Below are positions 6,991 to 14,508 of a stretch of DNA of 14,558 nt, in pieces. Under the pieces are notes generated by a model. The model was not told the origin of the DNA, made no database searches, and saw nothing but the letters and a program-made list of their open reading frames with translations. The DNA lies in the NCBI RefSeq assembly GCF_028679455.1, contig NZ_JAJRBM010000005.1:1-14558 (forward strand), in the 5' to 3' direction. Source of the DNA: Methanospirillum sp. (lineage in GTDB: Archaea > Halobacteriota > Methanomicrobia > Methanomicrobiales > Methanospirillaceae). A program made the translations under genes and the position numbers. Within the stretch, counting starts at the first letter, position 1, and every line of letters starts with the position of its first letter.

Positions 6991-7857
6991 TTACAGGAAT
7001 TCGCTCGTTCCCACATTGTATTTTCTCTGATGTTTTCGAAGAGCAGTCTCCATATCAGGTGCATTCATCACGTCAAACTCAAATTTTTCAGGGTCACTGA
7101 TGGCAACCGACATAACAATGTTGATCCCGTTCTCGAAGAGCACATCAGGGATCAACTGGGCACTGGATCCATAGAGTGCCCGAATCCGGGCATTTTTAGC
7201 ATACCTGACTACCTCTTCAAATGTTCCGTTCACGAGGGTTGAACCGGTGATGATGGCGACATCAGCATCGACAAGTACCTCGCGGTTCTCATCAGCCGGG
7301 TGAACGGTGATTCCTGCCGGGCCATGGGTGATCGTCTCACCGACAATGGTGGTTCTGAATACCTCCGGAGGCCGCTGGTCAGTGACATGGAGTTCCCGGC
7401 ACCGGCCTGCATAACTCTTGATGAGGCCGCCATATCCCACAATAACCAGGTTATCATCACTCCTGACCAGGTCTTTTACTTCAACCCCTGTAGTAAATCC
7501 TTTATCCTGCAGGACTTCATCGGTTACCAGCGGCTGTGAGAGGGCGTTGAGTGCGGTCAAACCGATAGAACGCTGACTGATCGAAGGTTTTGCAATGGTT
7601 TCCCTGGCAACCTCAACGAGTGGTCTGCCGATGCAGGTCTGGAGATATATGAAATCAAGACCGGTCTGGTCAGCGCCGTACCGGGGGTTGTTGTCCTGAA
7701 AACTCATCGCTACCCCGCAGCAGCCGTTCGTTCCGATGACTGCGTTCCATCCCGGATTAAGACCGAATTTCCTGACTCTTCCTTCAGGGAGATCCAGTCG
7801 CTGGTATTCCTGAATGATTTTTTGATATCCTTTCTCAAGGATGGTTTTAGAGTTCAT
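6991..7857 (-). CDS. DUF364/DUF4213-type protein (putative heavy-metal chelation, Rossmann-like domain)
   Basis: 288 aa. 'VIVGYGGLIKSYAGRCRELHVTDQRP' is a glycine-rich Rossmann segment typical of DUF364, with an N-terminal DUF4213-like part. It is transcribed divergently from modA; such proteins are often linked to Mo/W or other metal uptake loci. Confidence 0.65.
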   Translation of the reverse strand: MNSKTILEKGYQKIIQEYQRLDLPEGRVRKFGLNPGWNAVIGTNGCCGVAMSFQDNNPRYGADQTGLDFIYLQTCIGRPLVEVARETIAKPSISQRSIGLTALNALSQPLVTDEVLQDKGFTTGVEVKDLVRSDDNLVIVGYGGLIKSYAGRCRELHVTDQRPPEVFRTTIVGETITHGPAGITVHPADENREVLVDADVAIITGSTLVNGTFEEVVRYAKNARIRALYGSSAQLIPDVLFENGINIVMSVAISDPEKFEFDVMNAPDMETALRKHQRKYNVGTSEFL

Positions 7858-7944
7858 ATTTCTGTTCTTATCCTAATGATTTATTTGATGTGATCATAAA
7901 GACGTACACTTTAGCTTCACTTTATGATAGGGACTCATAGTTTA

Positions 7945-7956
7945 TTAATCGATTAA
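7945..7956. promoter_or_regulatory. Perfect 12-bp palindrome TTAATCGATTAA in the divergent DUF364/modA promoter region
   Basis: Read directly. It lies about 90 nt upstream of the DUF364 start and about 115 nt upstream of modA. Candidate regulator binding site. Confidence 0.25.
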
Positions 7957-8071
7957 ATATATTGTAGTAATCTCTTTTAATTTACCTTAGTATTAATAGT
8001 GTATAGTTCTTTTTACAGTTCGGTTTTTCTCCTTCGATATCATATACGCTATTGACTGTTAGGTGAATTTC

Positions 8072-8878
8072 ATGAAAAAGATTATTACGTACAGTATTAT
8101 TGGACTTTTCATGGTCCTGCTGATTGCACAGATCGGCTGTGTATCAGGGGCAGAAACGAATGCATCTGAAATTACTATCTTTGCAGCAGCATCGCTGACC
8201 GGTGCTATCGGAGATCTTACTCCTATCTTTGAGGCTGCTCACCCAGGGGTAAAGGTTACCTCAAACCTTGATAGTTCAGCAACGCTGGAAACCCAGATCA
8301 AAGAAGGAGCACATGCAGATCTCTTCCTTCCGGCCAGCGACAAGAACCTGAACAACCTGGTAAAAGAGAAGATGATTGATAATTCAAGCATCACTCCGTA
8401 TGCAACCAACAAACTTGCACTCATTGTCCCCGCAGACAACCCGGCAGGTATCACTGGTCTTGCAGATCTGAGCAAAGATGGCGTGAAGATCGTCAGTGAG
8501 ACCTCTGAAGTCCCGGTCAGGAAATACACCGACCAGATGCTGAACAAGACCGTCAATGATACTGCATACGGACAGGCATTTGTTGATGGATTCAAGAAGA
8601 ACATCATCTCAGAAGAGACCAATGTTGCCGGAGCAACCACCAAGGTCTCACTGGGAGAAGCAGATGCAGGAATCACCTATTACTCTGATGTGACCAAGGA
8701 CCTTGCAGACAAGGTAAAGATCATCGAGATTCCGGAAAAACTCAATGTCGTAGCCTCATACAAGGCTGGAATTATTACCGATGCAGAGCATGCCGATATG
8801 GCAAAGGAGTTTGTCACCCTGCTCACCTCTGATGAAGGAAAGACTGTACTGAAAGACTATAAGTTCAGCCCGGTTTGA
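8072..8878 (+). CDS. modA: Molybdate/tungstate ABC transporter substrate-binding protein (ModA type)
   Basis: The 'ITIFAAASLTGA' motif is diagnostic of ModA-family binding proteins. There is a signal peptide with a possible lipobox (IAQIGC), and the RBS AGGTGA (8061-8066) precedes ATG 8072. The GTG at 8063 in the ORF track is a less likely start. Confidence 0.9.
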   Translation: MKKIITYSIIGLFMVLLIAQIGCVSGAETNASEITIFAAASLTGAIGDLTPIFEAAHPGVKVTSNLDSSATLETQIKEGAHADLFLPASDKNLNNLVKEKMIDNSSITPYATNKLALIVPADNPAGITGLADLSKDGVKIVSETSEVPVRKYTDQMLNKTVNDTAYGQAFVDGFKKNIISEETNVAGATTKVSLGEADAGITYYSDVTKDLADKVKIIEIPEKLNVVASYKAGIITDAEHADMAKEFVTLLTSDEGKTVLKDYKFSPV

Positions 8879-8962
8879 ACGTAGATACGAATGGCCGGAA
8901 TCACCAGAATGAGGGGCATACCCTCCTTCTGTTTCCTGCCTGATTACGGTCTGATGATACCT

Positions 8963-8968
8963 TTTTTC
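8963..8968 (+). terminator. Oligo-T tract (T6) downstream of modA, preceded by the GAGGG-gcata-CCCTC hairpin (8912-8926)
   Basis: 'gataccttttttctg'. A second T6 tract sits at 9043-9048. Confidence 0.4.
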
Positions 8969-9202
8969 TGAATTGATGTCAGTTTCGGATAATTATGGTA
9001 TAGCATTCTCAGCCTGTATCATTTCTAAAAGAGATTCAACCCTTTTTTGTCACGAATGACCTGAAAATGGACTTAATCTTCCTTCAGTCTATTTATATGT
9101 GCTGTTAACACCCAGTGTCGATACCTATGTCAATGCATATGCGCGAGAATACTGCTTTATTAAGAAATAACAATAGATATGATTGGCATACTTGGGATAT
9201 AT

Positions 9203-9210
9203 TTATATTG
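9203..9210 (+). promoter_or_regulatory. TATA box TTTATATT for the mop gene, with a strong RBS AAGGAGG at 9249-9255
   Basis: The TATA element is 54 nt upstream of ATG 9264. The RBS is followed by an 8-nt spacer before the ATG. Confidence 0.4.
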
Positions 9211-9263
9211 ATATATGTCTAGTATCCTGTGCCGCGATCTGTGGCAATAAGGAGGAACTAACA

Positions 9264-9473
9264 ATGAAAATCAGTGCACGTAATGCCTTGAAAGGAACCA
9301 TAAAATCTATTACCAAAGGTCCGGTTAACGCAGAAGTCGTCATAGACATCGGTAATGGTGTCCTTGTCACTGCAATGATCACTGCCCACGCAGTAGAAAA
9401 CCTTGCTTTAAAAGAAGGAAAGGCTGCCTACGCAGTAGTGAAGGCAAGCGAAGTAATGGTTGCAGTTGATTAA
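9264..9473 (+). CDS. mop: Stand-alone TOBE (Mop) domain molybdate/tungstate-binding protein
   Basis: 69 aa: 'MKISARNALKGTIKSITKGPVNAEVVIDIGNGVLVTAMITAHAVENLALKEGKAAYAVVKASEVMVA'. It shows the canonical 'SARN.l.G.V' TOBE start, and ATG 9264 has a strong RBS. The 96-aa ORF from 9183 is an artefactual 5' extension. Confidence 0.85.
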   Translation: MKISARNALKGTIKSITKGPVNAEVVIDIGNGVLVTAMITAHAVENLALKEGKAAYAVVKASEVMVAVD

Positions 9474-9519
9474 TCACATTGATCATACAAACCATTTAGA
9501 TTCACTATTCGTCTCTCTC

Positions 9520-9525
9520 TTTTTT
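9520..9525 (+). terminator. T-rich tract (tctctctcttttttat) downstream of mop
   Basis: T6 preceded by a CT repeat, 47 nt after the mop stop. Confidence 0.35.
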
Positions 9526-9618
9526 ATAGTGGTAGCTATACAATAGGCGTATCTACTTTGTTTTACACGTTCGCCTCATATCATGAGTCGTATGGATCAT
9601 ATCATATCAGATACATCC

Positions 9619-9630
9619 GGTTATATAACC
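9619..9630. promoter_or_regulatory. Perfect 12-bp palindrome GGTTATATAACC containing a consensus TATA box (TTATATAA); candidate modBC promoter
   Basis: Read directly. It lies about 82 nt upstream of the modB ATG at 9711. Confidence 0.35.
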
Positions 9631-9710
9631 AATAAAAGCAAACGAGTCACGGTCAGAGAATTGTTCCCAGACGAATCAGATACACATGGTTTGCGGGAGT
9701 TATCCGGATC

Positions 9711-10523
9711 ATGAAATCAGGAAGCATATATTCTGGAATAAGAAATAAACAGATTTCAAAAATATTATTGGGCCTGGTAGTACTCATCACGATACTCTTC
9801 TTCACGCTTCCCCTGCTCTCACTCCTTCTGCGTATAACTCCGGATGAGTTCATCGCTGCAATCCTGAAACCTGAGGTTCAAAGTGCCATATATCTGTCAC
9901 TGCTCACCGCAGCTGCATCAACCGTGGTTATCGTCCTGATTGGAACGCCGCTTGCGTACCTGAATGCACGGGTTTCCTATCGTGGCAGGGACTTCGTTGA
10001 AACCCTCTTAGATCTCCCGATAGTTCTCCCCCCGTCAGTAGCCGGACTTGCGCTGCTGGTTCTGTTTGGAAGACGTGGTCTTATCGGTGCATACCTGAAC
10101 GATGTAGGAATCGCAATCATCTTCACCACCTTTGCGGTGGTACTTGCCCAGGTCTTTGTTGCCGGGCCGTTGTATATCAGACAGGCAAAAACTGCCTTTG
10201 CGATGGTGGATCAGGTTTATGAATCAGCATCACGAACGCTTGGGGCTTCCCCGCTGATCACCTTCGTGAAAGTGACCATTCCGCTTGCCTGGACTGGTCT
10301 CGTTTCAGGAGTAATATTAGCATTTGCCCGGGCTATCGGAGAGTTTGGAGCAACGATTATGGTGGCGGGAAATCTGCCAGGAAAAACTCAGACCATGCCA
10401 CTTGCAATCTATGGATTGATGCAGAGTGATCTTACTGCATCAATAGCCCTTTCTCTGGTCCTTATCAGTATCTCCTGCATTATTCTGATTACGATACGGT
10501 TGCTTGCCGGGAGGTCTGCCTGA
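9711..10523 (+). CDS. modB: Molybdate/tungstate ABC transporter permease
   Basis: 270 aa, polytopic. The ABC permease EAA-like loop 'ESASRTLGASPLITFVKVTIPLA' is present. The stop overlaps the modC start (TGATG at 10521-10525). Confidence 0.9.
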   Translation: MKSGSIYSGIRNKQISKILLGLVVLITILFFTLPLLSLLLRITPDEFIAAILKPEVQSAIYLSLLTAAASTVVIVLIGTPLAYLNARVSYRGRDFVETLLDLPIVLPPSVAGLALLVLFGRRGLIGAYLNDVGIAIIFTTFAVVLAQVFVAGPLYIRQAKTAFAMVDQVYESASRTLGASPLITFVKVTIPLAWTGLVSGVILAFARAIGEFGATIMVAGNLPGKTQTMPLAIYGLMQSDLTASIALSLVLISISCIILITIRLLAGRSA

Positions 10524-11275
10524 TGCTTACTGCACGAATAGAAAAACAGCTCCGGGATTACCCGTTGATGATCGATCTCACGGTAAACCGTGGGGAAGTA
10601 CTGGTTCTTCTCGGTACAAACGGGTCCGGGAAATCAACGGTGCTCAATCTTCTCGCCGGACTCCTGACACCTGATAAGGGAGAGATCTCGCTCAATGGGA
10701 TACCGATATTCAGGAGTGAGGAGGGGATATCCTGCCCGCCTGAAGAGCGGAATATAGGATATGTCTTTCAGGATTATGCTCTCTTTCCTCATATGACCGT
10801 GTTTGATAATATTGCCTATGGTCTGAAGATGCGAAAGGTTCCCAAAGAAATAATAGAGAATCAGATACAGGCAACTCTACACGATCTTGGTATCTCCCAT
10901 GTTCGAAATGAACGGGTGACCAACCTTTCCGGAGGACAACGGCAGCGGGTGGCTCTTGCGAGAGCCCTTATTATCCAGCCGCATCTGTTACTCCTGGATG
11001 AACCTCTCACGGCTCTTGATCCTCAGGCCAGGGATAAGATCAGAATCGAACTCCGAGAGCAACTGATTACCAGCAATCAGCCATCAATTCTGGTCACGCA
11101 CTCCATAAAAGATGCCCAGATCATTGGAGATAAGGTAATAATGCTGGAAAAAGGATCCGTTATCTGGACCGGGAGACCTGAGGAACTTGAATCCGGAAGC
11201 GGGGTTCCTGACCTGGAACCTCTCAAGTGTGAGTGCGACGAGTACCGGGATTTTGGAGCGATTGCGATAGACTGA
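10523..11275 (+). CDS. modC: Molybdate/tungstate ABC transporter ATP-binding protein lacking the C-terminal TOBE domain
   Basis: Walker A 'GTNGSGKST', ABC signature 'LSGGQRQRVALARAL', Walker B 'LLLLDEP' and the H-loop 'LVTHS'. At 250 aa it has no room for the C-terminal TOBE domain found in ~350-aa ModC proteins. Confidence 0.9.
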   Translation: MLTARIEKQLRDYPLMIDLTVNRGEVLVLLGTNGSGKSTVLNLLAGLLTPDKGEISLNGIPIFRSEEGISCPPEERNIGYVFQDYALFPHMTVFDNIAYGLKMRKVPKEIIENQIQATLHDLGISHVRNERVTNLSGGQRQRVALARALIIQPHLLLLDEPLTALDPQARDKIRIELREQLITSNQPSILVTHSIKDAQIIGDKVIMLEKGSVIWTGRPEELESGSGVPDLEPLKCECDEYRDFGAIAID

Positions 11276-11323
11276 TTCGGTTGATTCCCTGGTATCATCG
11301 GTCTGATTTTGGGCTGAAAATGT

Positions 11324-11336
11324 TAAAAAGGGAAAA
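11324..11336 (-). terminator. Two T5 tracts on the minus strand (A5…A5 on plus) just after the DUF4013 stop
   Basis: Plus-strand 'gttaaaaagggaaaaagagg'; the minus strand reads CTCTTTTTCCCTTTTTAAC, 8 nt after the stop. Confidence 0.35.
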
Positions 11337-11344
11337 AGAGGGGT

Positions 11345-12010
11345 TCAGTCTGCTGCATCGTAGATGAGCGAGTAGTACCTTCCTCCCACGATTGAAAGGT
11401 ACGGGGCTACAATCAGAGATAATAGCCAGCCGATCACCGGGATTACGTTCAGAATAATCTGGATAACCATCATTACCACACAAAGGACAATGATGGCGAG
11501 GATATACGTTACCCATCCGATGGATCCGATTTTTGCGAAAATTTCACTGAATTCGAATGCAGATCCCATACTTCCAGAGCGTGCAAACCTCATGATTCCA
11601 ATAATCTCAAAGAGACCGAATATGAAGGCCAGGATGAAGAAAGCCAGGAATGAGATGCCCACCGTTCCAATAAGGAGTCCGATGTATGCACCTGGATCCC
11701 CGACATCCATTCCTAGCATGGTCAAGGCTCCGAGCCCTCCGCTCATCACAAAAATGATAAGTCCGATAATACAGGGGATGATCATATAGACGATGCCGAT
11801 GATAAGCATCTTGATTCCGTCGATGAACATTCCTCCGTAATTATCAGTTTCCGGGGCAGGGGTGATTCCTTTCATTACCCGGAGCGTGTAACCCATGATC
11901 AATGGGAAAATGATGGTTCCGATGATCAGGACGATCCATCTTCCCCACTTCCCGACTAATCCTTCCGTTGCATACCCGAAGGACTCCTTAATACTTGCAA
12001 TTATGTCCAT
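11345..12010 (-). CDS. DUF4013-family integral membrane protein
   Basis: 221 aa from ATG 12010, which is preceded by GGTGGAATC. 'GYTLRVMKGITPAPETDNYGGMFIDGIKMLIIGIVYMIIP' matches my recollection of the DUF4013 core, with 5-6 transmembrane helices. The ATG at 12049 in the ORF track adds 13 aa and is less likely. Confidence 0.65.
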   Translation of the reverse strand: MDIIASIKESFGYATEGLVGKWGRWIVLIIGTIIFPLIMGYTLRVMKGITPAPETDNYGGMFIDGIKMLIIGIVYMIIPCIIGLIIFVMSGGLGALTMLGMDVGDPGAYIGLLIGTVGISFLAFFILAFIFGLFEIIGIMRFARSGSMGSAFEFSEIFAKIGSIGWVTYILAIIVLCVVMMVIQIILNVIPVIGWLLSLIVAPYLSIVGGRYYSLIYDAAD

Positions 12011-12332
12011 GATTCCACCATGATGATATTGGATGCATTGGCTATTCATAGGTAATATACTTATTTATTGCATCGCCGGCTCGCCTGCTGCAATCCGGAA
12101 TGATATTCGCCAGATTGGTTGTGATAACTCGGTTTAGACATTTTGGTTGAATTAGTATTACTCTGGTTGTGTTGCCTAATTATCACTCGGGCCGGATATT
12201 TCATACCCCTGAATATGGTGATAGCGATCCTCGCATGTCATTGTGAGGTGTATACGTTCGTGAAAGACATGTTGGGGATATCACAAAAACACCCGAATAT
12301 TGTGAGTTTTTTAACCTCTTCCTTCCTGTTAA

Positions 12333-12340
12333 TTTATAAT
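12333..12340 (+). promoter_or_regulatory. Consensus-like TATA box TTTATAAT, 32 nt upstream of ATG 12372 (leaderless arrangement)
   Basis: Read directly. The spacing fits a transcription start at or just before the ATG at 12372. Confidence 0.35.
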
Positions 12341-12371
12341 AATGTATTTATTGTCACCTTATAGACATATT

Positions 12372-12569
12372 ATGATGAGTTTTGAGCATTTCTCCGAAGG
12401 AAACCAGTATGAAGTACTGGTAAAATCAAGTGAGTACTTCCAATTGAAAAAGAAGTTAGCAAAGGGTATCTACCAGACCATTATACGCTACGTTGATGGA
12501 AAACTCCGTACCTGTGTTGTAGTTGGTCTTTCAAACAATCTGAAGGTCCTGGTCATAGCAATTAATTAA
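12372..12569 (+). CDS. Candidate small protein (65 aa, unknown function) in an A/T-rich 560-bp gap
   Basis: The ORF MMSFEHFSEGNQYEVLVKSSEYFQLKKKLAKGIYQTIIRYVDGKLRTCVVVGLSNNLKVLVIAIN is bracketed by a TATA box (12333-12340) and a T7 tract (12597-12603). I recognise no homology, so the call rests on signals only. Confidence 0.3.
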   Translation: MMSFEHFSEGNQYEVLVKSSEYFQLKKKLAKGIYQTIIRYVDGKLRTCVVVGLSNNLKVLVIAIN

Positions 12570-12596
12570 CTCTGATTTCATCAGACTATTATCTCC

Positions 12597-12603
12597 TTTT
12601 TTT
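12597..12603 (+). terminator. Oligo-T tract (T7) on the plus strand after the small ORF, preceded by the TGATTTCATCA mini-palindrome
   Basis: 'tatctcctttttttagc'. The orientation fits a plus-strand transcript, not the minus-strand permease. Confidence 0.35.
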
Positions 12604-12613
12604 AGCTTCCCTG

Positions 12614-14317
12614 TTAATGATCCATATGGATTTTCAATACTGACTGGCCATTGAGGGATGATGAACTTACGTTGTCTGCATGTTTTCTGATAAGAAATCC
12701 TCCAAGCCCGGTCATCATAGAGGGGTCATTGAGGATCTCCTCTTCACCTGGTGGTTTTTCTGGTAAGGGGAGGAGTTCTCCGGCATAGGACACCTGAGCA
12801 TCCAGATTATACTCATCGAATGAGAGCGATATCTTCACCGGACCGGAAGAAAGCAGGTGATACACAATCAGTTCTGCTCCCTCGGTCAACGCGGTTGCCA
12901 TCCGGGTGATAACCTCTTTTCTCGCAGCCCAGGCTTCACCCTGTCTCTCCATTAGGGTGAAGATCTGGTCATAGATACTGCCTTCTGGATCGATGGTGAT
13001 TGTGACTTTTTCCCTGATCCCGATCCGCATCACCAGATTGAGAATTATGGCGATAATCGTTGCAAGTGAGAGCGCTGAATCAAATATCGGTTTTATGAGT
13101 GTGGGAACGCCAGAATAGGCATTTGGGATGAGATAAACACTGATTCCGAAGATAAAGGAAATTCCGATCACTAATATCTTCCGGGAATCGAGCATCCGGG
13201 AAGTGATCGTCTGGATACCTCCGACGACAATAAAGCCGGCAACATAAATAATCGTCCCCCCGATTACCGGACCTGGCATGATAAGGAAAATTGTGGCGAG
13301 AATGGGTAGAAAGGCGAGAGTGATGAGAATTCCGCCGGTAACAAATCCGATGTACCGGCTGGTCGCACGGGTGGCTATTGAGAGGCCGATATTTGAAGAA
13401 GAACCCGTCTGGCCCATTCCCCCTACAAGACCTCCAATGCACGATGCAACGCCATCTGCAAAGAGGCCTGACCTGATATTCATCATATCCGGTCGTTTCC
13501 ATTCTGGGTTGTTGATTCGTTGACAGATCGAAAATTCACCGATACTTTTTACAAATGTAACAAGAGCAGCTATGGTAAATGGAATTATAAGTTCGGTTTT
13601 GAATGAAAGGCCGAAATAATTGATGTTGGGCAGCGCAACCAATGGTGAAGTTGCAATTTTGCCTAAGGGGTCATCACCGGCAATACCGAGACTAATGCAT
13701 AAGACATACCCCACCGCCATGCCGACGATAACAGGAAAGAGTTTCAGACTACCTTTCCCCCAGACGGTCACACTTACCGTAACCAGGAGGGTAATTATGG
13801 CGATAAGTGTTGCTAAAGGATTGGGAGTTGCGTTCACGCTACTCATGCCAAAAAAGTTGGGCAATGCATAGGGAATCACCGTCACTCCAAGCATCATGAT
13901 CACAAGGCCTGTCACTTCAACCGGGAAGAGAACACGAAGTTTATGGACTATCCGGGAGAGGACAGCCTGTAGTATCCCGGAGAATGCAGTCATCCCACAA
14001 AGAAGTGAAAGACCTCCGCCCTGAAGGGCTAATACGGAAGCAGAAACAAAATTCGGACCATTGACACGGGGAATGAGAAACCCGGATCCAAACTCCGGGT
14101 GTTTTATTGCCTGAAAAATGCATGCAATACCGTTTGAGAGCATGGACATTGAGACAAAAAAGGCTGCAGCACCGGCCTCAAGATTTGCAGTCCTGGCGAC
14201 AATGATGGGAAAGATGAATGCAGTGGCTACGATGCCCAGATGTTGCAGCCCAAGCAGGAACATCGTCGGAAATGGAGGTTTATCATCTGCGGCGTATTCA
14301 AGATTCGAAGGCTGCAT
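12614..14317 (-). CDS. NCS2-family nucleobase (xanthine/uracil-type) permease with a C-terminal ~135-aa RsbW-like GHKL (HATPase_c_2-like) domain
   Basis: 567 aa. 'FLLGLQHLG' is the TM1 signature. 'GQTGSSSNIGLSIATR' matches the QN.GL motif. 'MPGPVIGGTIIYVAGFIVVGG' matches the PROSITE NCS2 pattern. The C-terminal tail 'EGAELIVYHLL…VKISLSFDEYNLDAQVSYAGE…MTGLGGFLIRKHADNVS…GQSVLKIHMD' aligns by eye to RsbW/SpoIIAB N, G1 and G2 boxes. Confidence 0.85.
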   Translation of the reverse strand: MQPSNLEYAADDKPPFPTMFLLGLQHLGIVATAFIFPIIVARTANLEAGAAAFFVSMSMLSNGIACIFQAIKHPEFGSGFLIPRVNGPNFVSASVLALQGGGLSLLCGMTAFSGILQAVLSRIVHKLRVLFPVEVTGLVIMMLGVTVIPYALPNFFGMSSVNATPNPLATLIAIITLLVTVSVTVWGKGSLKLFPVIVGMAVGYVLCISLGIAGDDPLGKIATSPLVALPNINYFGLSFKTELIIPFTIAALVTFVKSIGEFSICQRINNPEWKRPDMMNIRSGLFADGVASCIGGLVGGMGQTGSSSNIGLSIATRATSRYIGFVTGGILITLAFLPILATIFLIMPGPVIGGTIIYVAGFIVVGGIQTITSRMLDSRKILVIGISFIFGISVYLIPNAYSGVPTLIKPIFDSALSLATIIAIILNLVMRIGIREKVTITIDPEGSIYDQIFTLMERQGEAWAARKEVITRMATALTEGAELIVYHLLSSGPVKISLSFDEYNLDAQVSYAGELLPLPEKPPGEEEILNDPSMMTGLGGFLIRKHADNVSSSSLNGQSVLKIHMDH

Positions 14318-14488
14318 ATCTTTTTATATGCCTACTTCCTCTATTAATCCAATTCCATTTGATAGTAGGCCATAAGGATATAGAATTTCGTATTCCCTCT
14401 TCCTGTTTCATCACTAAAAACGATGCAGGATGAAAGACCAGGGTCTTTATTTATGAGTAGGTATTCATCACCACATTCCAGAAATTTG

Positions 14489-14508
14489 TCATGAGGCCTT
14501 CCTCATGA
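14489..14508. promoter_or_regulatory. 20-bp palindromic element TCATGAGG-CCTT-CCTCATGA upstream of the permease
   Basis: Perfect 8-bp arms, read directly, about 170 nt upstream of the permease ATG at 14317 on the minus strand. Confidence 0.25.

Noticed and set aside
8063-8071. GTG start at 8063 for modA
   Set aside because: The GTG overlaps the RBS-like AGGTGA. The ATG at 8072 has correct spacing and gives a canonical signal peptide (MKKIIT…).
9183-9263. N-terminal extension of mop (96-aa ORF)
   Set aside because: The extension (MAYLGYIYIDICLVSCAAICGNKEELT) covers the TATA box and RBS. ATG 9264 has a strong AAGGAGG RBS, and TOBE domains begin there.
8879-9263. Possible Moco riboswitch or small RNA in the modA-mop spacer
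   Set aside because: Moco riboswitches are bacterial, and I see no matching conserved stems. The region shows only T-tracts and an A/T-rich promoter.
12011-12049. Upstream ATG (12049) for the DUF4013 gene
   Set aside because: ATG 12010 is preceded by GGTGGAATC at RBS distance, and the extra 13 residues (MNSQCIQYHHGGI) are not membrane-protein-like.
12143-12364. Hydrophobic 73-aa ORF (+) in the A/T-rich gap
   Set aside because: It has no promoter or RBS context and its A/T-driven hydrophobic composition is typical of random ORFs in A/T-rich DNA. It also overlaps the better-supported TATA element.
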